A DNA stretch of 36,615 bases from Rhodospira sp. (GTDB lineage Bacteria > Pseudomonadota > Alphaproteobacteria > Rhodospirillales > Rhodospirillaceae). Numbering within the stretch: position 1 is the first letter of the stretch; each line of letters begins with the position of its first letter. Shown here piece after piece: positions 1-8,867 of this stretch. The notes below the pieces were generated by a model that ran no database searches, had not been told where the DNA came from, and saw only the letters and a program-made list of their open reading frames with translations. The position numbers were made by a program, and so were the translations under genes. Location: contig JANQGN010000520.1 in NCBI GenBank assembly GCA_028277295.1, positions 1 through 36,615 on the forward strand, read 5' to 3'.

Positions 1-1
1 G

Positions 2-160
2 CTGGAGGTGGCGCTCGCCGCCGATTTCTCGCCGGCCGCCGCGAAGGCCGTGACCATTCCCGCCGATGGCCTGAACAGCGACTTGCACGCCACCCCGGAC
101 TACCGGGCCGCCCTGGTCTCCACCCTGGCGGCGCGGGCCGTGGCGGCAATCGGGGGGTAA
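2..160 (+). CDS. C-terminal fragment of a CoxM/CutM-like FAD-binding medium subunit of a molybdenum hydroxylase (runs off window start)
   Basis: Frame 2 reads LEVALAADFSPAAAKAVTIPADGLNSDLHATPDYRAALVSTLAARAVAAIGG*. The 'SDLHA..YRA.L' motif is typical of the CoxM C-terminus, and coxD/coxE lie downstream. Confidence 0.8.
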   Translation: MEVALAADFSPAAAKAVTIPADGLNSDLHATPDYRAALVSTLAARAVAAIGG

Positions 161-179
161 CGGAGCTTGGACTGTCCCT

Positions 180-252
180 GTAGGGCGGCTGGCCGGAGGC
201 CAGCCGCCGCGTTCCGAAAAAGCAGCGAGCGACCGGCAACCTCCCGGCCTAC
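180..252. repeat. Inverted pair of GTAG-type REP-like palindromes
   Basis: GTAG (180-183) directly precedes a perfect 11-bp stem GGCGGCTGGCC-gga-GGCCAGCCGCC (184-208). On the minus strand, GTAG (252-249) precedes a weaker GGCCGG..CCGGTC stem. Confidence 0.55.
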
Positions 253-686
253 GCGTGCGATCCCGGCACCGGCGCGCTGCCCACCGTCAGCCGCGATCCC
301 AGCGCCCGCGCGGCGGCATCCAGGGTGGCCAGAGCGGTGTTGTGGCGGGGGTTGAGGATGCGGGTGCGCACTTCGGACTCGGACTTGCGCAGGCGGCGGG
401 CCAGGTCGCTCTTGCTCAGGCCGCTGTCCCGCCAGGCCATCATCACGGCCAGCTTGGCGGCGATGGGCGCGGTGGGCGAGACCCAGGCGTCGCCCTCGGA
501 CGAGGGATCAGGGATCGGGCGACCATCCTCGACCATCCACAAGAGGGCGACACCAAGACAATCCTCGGCGTTGATGAGAGCCTCTTCGCGGGTTTTTCCT
601 TCCGTGATGGCCTCCGGAATATCGACGAACTGGACGATCCAGGTGTCAGGGTATTGCTCCAGGGAAATGGGATAGCTGAAATCCAT
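249..686 (-). CDS. hicB: HicB-family antitoxin with C-terminal HTH
   Basis: N-terminal YP...W.V.F.DIPEAITEG.T.EEA..NA.DCL...G.PIP.PS HicB fold, then an HTH (SGLSKSDLARRL...). ATG 686 has an AAGGAG Shine-Dalgarno; alternative start at 707. Confidence 0.9.
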   Translation of the reverse strand: MDFSYPISLEQYPDTWIVQFVDIPEAITEGKTREEALINAEDCLGVALLWMVEDGRPIPDPSSEGDAWVSPTAPIAAKLAVMMAWRDSGLSKSDLARRLRKSESEVRTRILNPRHNTALATLDAAARALGSRLTVGSAPVPGSHA

Positions 687-711
687 ATCACGGCACTCCT
701 TGAACACCCAC

Positions 712-909
712 TTACTTCAAGCCCAGTTGTTTGCGAACAAAGGAGATGTAGAGAGGTGACAGTTCCCCATCCTTCACGACTGTACGGCGATTGCCGATTC
801 GAACCTTGGCATGAGATCCCTTGCCCTGCCCATACTCGATAAACAGGGAGAACCCCTTCTTCCGGCCCTCTTTCCGTAACGCCCGCAGAAACTGGTCCCG
901 TGTCGGCAT
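712..909 (-). CDS. hicA: HicA-family mRNA interferase toxin
   Basis: 65-aa basic protein with GKGSH motif and KQLGL terminus, directly upstream of hicB. Confidence 0.88.
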   Translation of the reverse strand: MPTRDQFLRALRKEGRKKGFSLFIEYGQGKGSHAKVRIGNRRTVVKDGELSPLYISFVRKQLGLK

Positions 910-978
910 GCGCGCCTCCCATCAGCCTTGCGCATAAACTGCGGGAGCGCACCAAGACAACCGAGCGAAAAACGCATC

Positions 979-996
979 TCGTACACCAATGTACGA
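979..996. promoter_or_regulatory. Palindromic operator candidate between divergent hicA and coxD
   Basis: Perfect inverted repeat TCGTACA-ccaa-TGTACGA. Confidence 0.45.
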
Positions 997-1033
997 CACC
1001 CCTGCCCCGCCGTCCATCTCCCGGAGGCCCCGC

Positions 1034-1988
<955 letters not shown>

Positions 1989-2005
<17 letters not shown>

Positions 2006-3266
2006 GTCCGGTCCATCCGGGGGCCGGCTGGGCGACAACGTCATGCAGTTCGCCCGCGCGCTGCGCGCCGCCGGACTGCGCATCGGCCCCGGCGACACCC
2101 TGGACGCGCTCCGCGCCGTGGAGGCCGTCGGCGTCGGCAACCGCGCCGACCTGCGCGCCGCCCTGTCGGCCGTGCTGGTGCGCCGGCATCAAGACCTGGC
2201 CCTGTTCGACGAGGCCTTTCACATCTTCTGGAAAGACCCGGACCTGCTGGGCCGCATGATGGGCCTGCTGCTGCCGCGCCTGACGACGCCGGGGGCGGAG
2301 CCCGAGGGCTCCCAGCGGCTGCGCGATGCCCTGGGCGGCCAACATCCCCCGCCACCCGCCGGTCGCGACGGCCCCACAACAGAACAGCGGCTGAGCGTCG
2401 ACCTGGACTGGTCCGACCGGGAGCGCCTGGGCACCCTGGACTTCGACAAGATGAGCGCCGAGGCGTTCCGTCAGGCCCAGCGCCTGGTCGACACCCTGGT
2501 TCTCCCCCCGTTGACGGTCCGCACGCGCCGCCAGTCCCCGCACCCGCGCGGCCCCCGGGTGGACCTGCGCGCCTCCCTGAAGGCGGGTCTGCGCTCCGGT
2601 GGAGACGTCATCCCGCTGCGGCGCACGGCCCCGGAGCCACGCCCACCCACCGTGGTCGCGCTCTGCGACATCAGCGGCTCCATGGACCGCTACGCCCGGG
2701 TCTTCCTGCGCCTGATGCATGGCCTGGCCAACCGGGAGCCCCATTTCCATGGCTTCGTGTTCGGCACCCGGCTGACCAACATCACCCGCCCCCTGCGAGA
2801 CCGAGACCCCGACCAGGCCATGGCGGCGGCGGCGGCGGCCATGCCCGACTGGGCCGGCGGCACCCGCATCGGCGACTGCCTGACGGCCTTTAACCGCCAC
2901 TGGTCCCGCCGGGTGCTCGGCCAGGGCGCCCTGGTGCTGCTAATGACCGACGGCCTGGACCAGGCGAACGGCGCCGACCTGGCCCGGCCCATGGCGCGGC
3001 TGCATCGCTCTTGCCGCCGGCTGGTGTGGCTCAACCCGTTGCTGCGCTGGGACGGCTTCCAGCCCAGGGCGGCGGGCGTGCGCGCCATGCTGCCCCATGT
3101 GGACGACTTCCGCCCGGTGCACAGCCTGGACAGCCTGGCGGGACTGGTCCGCGCGCTGTCCGACCATGCCGCTGGCCACAGCCCGCGCCGCCTGGAGGCC
3201 GCCCGCGCCTGGCGCGGCGCGCTGGACACACGGGCGGCCGACCATGGCCCCCGAATCATGGTTTGA
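1989..3266 (+). CDS. coxE: VWA-domain CoxE-like protein
   Basis: MIDAS CDISGSM, FVFGTRL, W.GGTRIG, TDGLD and WLNPL motifs; overlaps the coxD stop. Confidence 0.9.
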
Positions 3267-3337
3267 TTCACGGTTGCCCGTCACCGCGTCTTGGATCATG
3301 GTCCCAAGCTCCGACAGCAAGGGTAGGCGCGCACACC

Positions 3338-3898
3338 ATGACAACGTGGGCCGAAACTTATAACGACTATCGGCGCTGGCTGAACGGCCAAGGAATCATC
3401 TTTTCGTTTACTGGCTATCTCTCCGAGGACATGCTGACCACCTTGGGCAGCGCCCTCAAGAAACGCATGGCACTGAGCGAAACTGATGCCAATGTCGCCA
3501 AGCGTGTGTTTTCGGTATTCGTCGAACAGGTTCAGAACATCATCCGTTACTCGGCCGACCGATTAGCCAGCGCTGAACCGCCGGTGGAGTTGAGTGGAGG
3601 AATGGTGACCGTCGGCTTCGATGGTCATCGTTTTTTTGTTGTGTGTGGTAATGTTGTTGACGCAGCGCGGGCGGAGCCCCTGCGCGAACGTCTTATCCAT
3701 TTGGCCAGTCTTGATAAAGAACAATTGAAGGCGTACTACCGGGAAAAGCTGCGCGAGCCTGCGGAGGCCGACAGCCAGGGGGCCTCGATTGGCCTCATCG
3801 AGATCGCGCGGCGATCCAGCGAACCCATCGAGTATGACATCGTATGGCTGGGAACGGCCCGGAACCGGGCGTTCTTCTGTATCAAAGCCTTCATCTGA
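3338..3898 (+). CDS. siaB: SiaB-family protein kinase
   Basis: IIFSFTGYLSE...KRVFSVFVEQVQNIIRYS...GN...GASIGLIEIARRS GHKL-like pattern, followed by SiaC- and SiaD-like genes. Confidence 0.85.
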   Translation: MTTWAETYNDYRRWLNGQGIIFSFTGYLSEDMLTTLGSALKKRMALSETDANVAKRVFSVFVEQVQNIIRYSADRLASAEPPVELSGGMVTVGFDGHRFFVVCGNVVDAARAEPLRERLIHLASLDKEQLKAYYREKLREPAEADSQGASIGLIEIARRSSEPIEYDIVWLGTARNRAFFCIKAFI

Positions 3899-3916
3899 GC
3901 GATACAACGGCGAATC

Positions 3917-4306
3917 ATGGAAAAAGTTTCGATCGCGCCCACAGACCGGTCGCCGCTGGTGGAGTTTGACTTCTCCAAAGGCTGCTTCCGGCTGGAAGGT
4001 GAATCCTATCCCGAGGATTCAGCCAGTTTTTTTGCGCCCCTTCTTAAGGACATGCGGACCTTTCTAGAGTCGGATGATGCGCGCCCGGTATCCTTCAACC
4101 TGGCCATGACCTATTTCAACAGCAGCAGCGCCAAAGCCTTGATGAACATGTTTCAAATGCTGGAAGATGCCGCTGGCCTGGGGCGCGCCGTGGTGGTCAA
4201 CTGGCATTATCACCCAGACGACGATACAATGGAGGAGTTCGGCGAAGATTTTGGCCTGGACTTCGAGAACGCGGAGTTCCGCATGTGTCCCACCGTCGAC
4301 GCCTGA
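3917..4306 (+). CDS. siaC: SiaC-family (DUF1987) phospho-switch protein
   Basis: T..SP.V.FD...LEGESYPED...FF.P; YFNSSSAK; V.WHY..DDD.M.EFGEDF. Confidence 0.9.
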   Translation: MEKVSIAPTDRSPLVEFDFSKGCFRLEGESYPEDSASFFAPLLKDMRTFLESDDARPVSFNLAMTYFNSSSAKALMNMFQMLEDAAGLGRAVVVNWHYHPDDDTMEEFGEDFGLDFENAEFRMCPTVDA

Positions 4307-4406
4307 GCCACCCCTCTTGAACGCCGTCGCTGGGCCGCGACGAACCAAATCGGGCGGACACACGGTCAGCCGTCGTTGGACCAGCATCACAAGGAAACCC
4401 GAGGCT

Positions 4407-5321
4407 GTGAGCACGCCCGCCACCAAGGACACCAGATCTGGCGATTACACGCTCTTCGATGTCGAGGAACGCGTTCTCTGTGACGCCCAGGAAATGGTGC
4501 GCAAGCTCGATGAGGTCGCACAGGGCGTGCGCGCGTTGGCGGAAGCCTATCGCCGCAGCTACCGGGAACAGAGCCGTCTTGTGCGTCTCAGCGACCGCAT
4601 GCAAGAGGAACTGCAGGAGGCCAACCACGGCCTGACCCAGCAGGCGGAGGAGTTGCGCGAGTTGAACTCCGTGTTGCGCACCGAGATCGAGGAACGTGAA
4701 CGCCTGGCCATGGAACTGCAGCGCCTGGCTACTGTCGACGAACTGACCGGCCTGTTCGGCCGCCGGCACTTCATGCATTTGGCGGAACGGGAGCTGACCC
4801 GACGCCACCGCACCCATGGCCCGGTCACCGCCATCATGGTCGACCTGGACCGCTTCAAGCAGGTCAACGACACCCACGGACACGCGATCGGCGACTGCGT
4901 GCTCCGCAAGATCGGCGACGTGCTCCGAAGCGAGTTGCGCGCCCTCGACCTGGCCGGTCGCCTGGGAGGCGAGGAGTTCGCGGTGCTGTTGCCCGACACG
5001 CCCGAGGACGCCGGCCAGGACATCGCCGAGCGCCTGCGCGAGGCGACCGCGGCCTGCGGCCTGTCCCTGCCGAACGGTGACACCCTGCGCTTCACGGCCA
5101 GCTTCGGCGTCGCCGAACACAGCGCGGATGAAAGCCTGGACTCGCTTCTCCACCGCGCCGACACGGCCCTCTATGAAGCCAAGCGGGCCGGACGCAACCG
5201 CGTCATGACCACACCGGCCAGCGCCGACGAGGACCCATCCGTCACGGAACCATCACCGCCTGACATCGTGTCCGCCCCCCGGATGTCTGCCGCTCCCTCC
5301 AAGACCGTCAAAACCCCATAA
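4407..5321 (+). CDS. siaD: SiaD-like coiled-coil plus GGDEF diguanylate cyclase
   Basis: N-terminal 'RLVRLSDRMQ' coiled coil, DELTGL, DLDRFKQVNDTHGH..GD, RxxD I-site (RALD) and intact GGEEF. Start codon uncertain (GTG 4407 chosen). Confidence 0.85.
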   Translation: MSTPATKDTRSGDYTLFDVEERVLCDAQEMVRKLDEVAQGVRALAEAYRRSYREQSRLVRLSDRMQEELQEANHGLTQQAEELRELNSVLRTEIEERERLAMELQRLATVDELTGLFGRRHFMHLAERELTRRHRTHGPVTAIMVDLDRFKQVNDTHGHAIGDCVLRKIGDVLRSELRALDLAGRLGGEEFAVLLPDTPEDAGQDIAERLREATAACGLSLPNGDTLRFTASFGVAEHSADESLDSLLHRADTALYEAKRAGRNRVMTTPASADEDPSVTEPSPPDIVSAPRMSAAPSKTVKTP

Positions 5322-5526
5322 ACCCTTGAGCCCATACGCCCATGAGAACGACAAGGGGTGTCGGTGCCCACGGAGCCGCGATGTGTGCACAGAAGGCGCC
5401 ATCGTGCATGCGACGTCTGCGTCCATACCACCGCACAACCAAAACGCGACCCTTAGGGAAGGCCGAGGTGTGGACAGCGGCATGACCGTCAGAGCGGAGG
5501 CTCTCCATGACGGACGCGGGACACAT

Positions 5527-5649
5527 CTAGACCAAATCCCCAGCGATCCGGACCGGATCGCGACGACGACCTGCTTCACGATTACTTTATGAGGACATCA
5601 CTCCATGAGGGCGTTTTCGGCACGTCCGTTGCCGCCGAAACCGCCCTGG
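5527..5649 (+). repeat. CTAG-bounded palindromic mosaic element, copy 1 (RIME/Bru-RS-like)
   Basis: CTAGACCAAATCCCAGCGATCCGGACCGGATCGCGACGACGACCTGCTTCA...GAGGGCGTTTTCGG...CCGAAACCGCCCTGG matches the copies at 16958, 29230 (reverse) and 29824. Confidence 0.8.
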
Positions 5650-5743
5650 AGGTGGGGCGCGCGAACGGTCGGCGCGCCCCCGATTCGCGGAGGCCCTGAC
5701 GCCAAGACGAGATGGCACCCTATTACTGCGACCGGAGGTCACA

Positions 5744-6574
5744 ATGCGCATCGTTTCCTCGCATGGACTCAGACCCGCCCCGACGCTGGCGCTAGCTCTG
5801 GTCCTGGGTGTCACGGTTGCCGGCCCAGGCCACGCCAGCGACACCACGACGACGCCCACCCCGCCCGCGTATGTCATCGGCGTGGAGACCCAGCACTACC
5901 TGCCCGCCTACGCCGTCGAGGATGGGGCATACGTGGGCTATGCCCGGGATCTGCTGGACGCTTTCGCCGCGGACCAGGGTCTTCGGATCGCGTACCGGCC
6001 GCAGCCGGTGCGGCGACTGTATGCCAGCCTGGCGGCCGGGGACATCGACTTCAAGTTCCCGGACAACCCCAACTGGAACGCGGTGTTTCGAGAGACCCAC
6101 ACGGTCACCTATAGCGGCCCGGTCGCCGACTTCCTCGATGCCTCGGTGGTGCTGGCCGACCGCGCCGACATCACCCCCGGCGCCGTCAAAACCCTGGGCA
6201 CGGTCACCGGCTTCGGCCCCTGGCCATGGATGGACCGCATCAACGCCGGGTCGGTCACCCTGGCCGAGAACGCGAACTTCGTGGCCCTGGTGCGTCAGGT
6301 GCTGGCCGGCCGCGTCGATGCCGCCTACGCCAGCATGGCGGTGGTCAACCGTGTTCTCGACCAGGAGCTGAATCAACCCGGTGCCCTGGTGTTCGCCCCC
6401 GCCCTGCCCCATGACCACGGGTCCTATCTGTTGTCCACCATCGAGCATCCCGAGGTCATCGCCCAGTTTGACACCTGGATGCGAGACAACATCGATCTCG
6501 TGGCCGCCCTTAAGCAGAGGCACGGCGTGGAACGTGGCGTCGCGCCACAAACAACAGGAGTCCCCAATCCATGA
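5744..6574 (+). CDS. Periplasmic substrate-binding protein (PBP2 / family 3-like)
   Basis: Signal peptide ending GHA; Y.P....DG.YVG...DLLDAFA; P..RL...L.AG.IDF; GRVDAAY. Stop overlaps the next ATG (ATGA). Confidence 0.8.
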   Translation: MRIVSSHGLRPAPTLALALVLGVTVAGPGHASDTTTTPTPPAYVIGVETQHYLPAYAVEDGAYVGYARDLLDAFAADQGLRIAYRPQPVRRLYASLAAGDIDFKFPDNPNWNAVFRETHTVTYSGPVADFLDASVVLADRADITPGAVKTLGTVTGFGPWPWMDRINAGSVTLAENANFVALVRQVLAGRVDAAYASMAVVNRVLDQELNQPGALVFAPALPHDHGSYLLSTIEHPEVIAQFDTWMRDNIDLVAALKQRHGVERGVAPQTTGVPNP

Positions 6575-8280
6575 CGGACCAGGCCTTGCCCGACCGAAGC
6601 ACCCTCGGGCCGTCGCCGGCCGCGCCGGTCTCGGTCTGGCGGGGCCTGACTCCACGCCTGGCGCTGGTCACCTTGTTTGTCGCGCTGGTGGTTGGCCTGC
6701 TGGGCGGCGCCCTGGAGTTGGCGATGGATCTTCGCGCCGGCCGCGCCAAGGTGACCGCCGACCTGGACAGCACGATATCGCTGGTTCGGGATTCGGCGGC
6801 CGAGGCCGCCTATCAGTTGAACGCCGGCATCGCCGACCGGGTGGTGAACGGCTTGTCCCGAAGCGACCTTGTGGCACGGGTGGACCTGCGCGACAACTTC
6901 GGCGCCGTGCTGGCCAGCCTGGATCGAGAGGCGCTCCCTGGCGACGGCCTGGATGCATGGTTTGCCAGTCTGTTCGCGGATGTGGTCGAACGCCGCGAGC
7001 CGCTAATCTATGCGTCCGCCATGGGCAGCGAGGGCGTTGGCGTGCTGACCGTCGCGCTGTCGCCGCAGGCCCTGGGGAGCCGGTATCGCGACCGCGCCCT
7101 GGTCACCGTCGCCGCCGGTGCTGCGCGCGCCCTGGTGATCTCCGCGCTGCTGGCGCTGGTGTTCCTGGGGCTGATGGTGCGGCCGTTGAAGCACCTGTCG
7201 GCGGCCATCGCCCGGGTGGACCCGGCACGGCCGGCCGCCCACCCCGTGCCCGTGCCACGGGGACACCGGTCCGACGAACTGGGCCACGTGGCCGGCGCCT
7301 TGAACGCGCTGCTTGAGGCCTTTCAAAACAGCCTGGAGGCCCGTGACCGCGCGGAAGCGGATCTGCGGGTTCTCACCGAGGACCTGGAGCGACGCGTCGC
7401 CCTACGCACCCGGGAACTCGAAAACGCCATGGACGAACTGGCGGCCGAGAAGGAGGAGACGGAAACCGCCTTCGCCCGGCTGGACGAAACCCATCGAGAC
7501 CTGGCGCGCACCAACCGGCTGCTGCTGGAGAGCATTCACTACGCCCGGCGCATCCAGACCTCGCTGCTGCCGGACAAGGCCGCGCTCGACGGTCTGGTCC
7601 GCGACCTGCATGTCTGTTGGGACCCCCTGGACGTTGTCGGCGGCGACTACTTCTGGCTGGAACGCTTCGACGACGACACCGCCCTTCTGCTGGTCGCCGA
7701 CTGCACCGGCCACGGCGTGCCCGGCGCCTTCATGACGCTGGTGGTGGCCTCGGCCCTGGACAGGGCGCTTCATGACGAGGGCCTGCGGCGGCCCTCCGAC
7801 ATCCTGCGGGCCATCGACGGGCAGGTCCGCGCGCGCCTGCGCCAGGACCGGCCAGATTCCGAGTCCGACGACGGCCTGGAGGCGGCCATCTGCCTGTGGA
7901 ACCGGCCAGCCCGCGCGCTCACCTTCGCCGGCGCCGGCCTGCCCTTGATTTATGTGGAGGATGGCGCCCTTTACGAGGTGCGTGGCGAACGGGCCTATCT
8001 TGGCTATCGCACCCTGCCGGCCGCCGACAGCTTCACCGATCATCGTCTGTCCGTGCGCCCCGGCATGGCGTTCTACCTGCCCACCGACGGCTTTCCCGAC
8101 CAGATGGGCGGCGATCCAAGGCGGCTGTTGGGCAGGCGCCGGCTAGGCCGCATGATCGTCGACAATCAGCGCCTTCCCATGTCCGAACAGCTTGGCGCCA
8201 TCCAGCGCGACCTGGCGGCCTATCGAGGCGGCGAGCCGCGCCGTGACGACATGACCATGATCGGCTTCGTGCCGCTGTAG
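6571..8280 (+). CDS. SiaA-like membrane PP2C/SpoIIE phosphatase (2 TM, HAMP, coiled coil)
   Basis: Two hydrophobic helices; HAMP (RPL..L...DELG.VA.A.N.LL); SI.YARRIQ..LLP; VGGDY; ADCTGHGVPGAFMT; TDG..DQ.GG; RDD.T. Confidence 0.88.
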   Translation: MTDQALPDRSTLGPSPAAPVSVWRGLTPRLALVTLFVALVVGLLGGALELAMDLRAGRAKVTADLDSTISLVRDSAAEAAYQLNAGIADRVVNGLSRSDLVARVDLRDNFGAVLASLDREALPGDGLDAWFASLFADVVERREPLIYASAMGSEGVGVLTVALSPQALGSRYRDRALVTVAAGAARALVISALLALVFLGLMVRPLKHLSAAIARVDPARPAAHPVPVPRGHRSDELGHVAGALNALLEAFQNSLEARDRAEADLRVLTEDLERRVALRTRELENAMDELAAEKEETETAFARLDETHRDLARTNRLLLESIHYARRIQTSLLPDKAALDGLVRDLHVCWDPLDVVGGDYFWLERFDDDTALLLVADCTGHGVPGAFMTLVVASALDRALHDEGLRRPSDILRAIDGQVRARLRQDRPDSESDDGLEAAICLWNRPARALTFAGAGLPLIYVEDGALYEVRGERAYLGYRTLPAADSFTDHRLSVRPGMAFYLPTDGFPDQMGGDPRRLLGRRRLGRMIVDNQRLPMSEQLGAIQRDLAAYRGGEPRRDDMTMIGFVPL

Positions 8281-8867
8281 ACGGCGTGGGACCCGAGCGT
8301 AGAACGCATCGGACGGCTCATGGCAAGGATCGTCCCCGGCCCCGGTTCGGCCACGCGCCGCCCGTCGGTCTGGGTTCTCAGCAGACCGAATCGATAACCG
8401 GTCATTTCTCTTCGTTTTCAGCACGTTAGACCGATTTTTCGCCGACGCATGAGAACCCGTTTTTCTACATGGGTTATCAATCACCCTGTTTTTTTGGAAG
8501 CGTCCGCCTCGCGTATACCGCAAGACGGCATCCGCCAGGACACGCCGAGGGCGATCCGCCGCCGCCCAGGACTCCGCGCACAACCTGATAAATCATTGGC
8601 TCAAAATGGGAAAATTGCGGACCACGCAACGCCCCCCGCGCCGCCGGGGCCAAGAGGCGCACACGAACCCCGCGTGTCTCGGAAACTTCATCCTTGCTGG
8701 ATAGCCGTGGCGCTCATGGTTGACCAATCTTCACAAACCGTCGGGTCCTGGCGCCCCAGGCCAACCGCCGCGCCGTGGACGTCGCGGTCGTGGCTGTTGC
8801 CGCCGTGCCTTGGCAGCCCGGGACGCGACGGCCGCAGACCCCTTGCAGGAAGGAAGGAAGAGTCCCC

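Noticed and set aside
5654-5680. GGGGCGCGC...GCGCGCCCC hairpin as an sRNA or riboswitch
   Set aside because: A single GC-only stem with no conserved aptamer features; likely by chance at this GC content.
8674-8744. Possible Pho boxes upstream of phoX (GTGTCTC-N4-ACTTCAT; CTTCACAAACCGTC)
   Set aside because: Only partial matches to CTGTCAT-N4-CTGTCAT; cannot be supported without a PWM scan.
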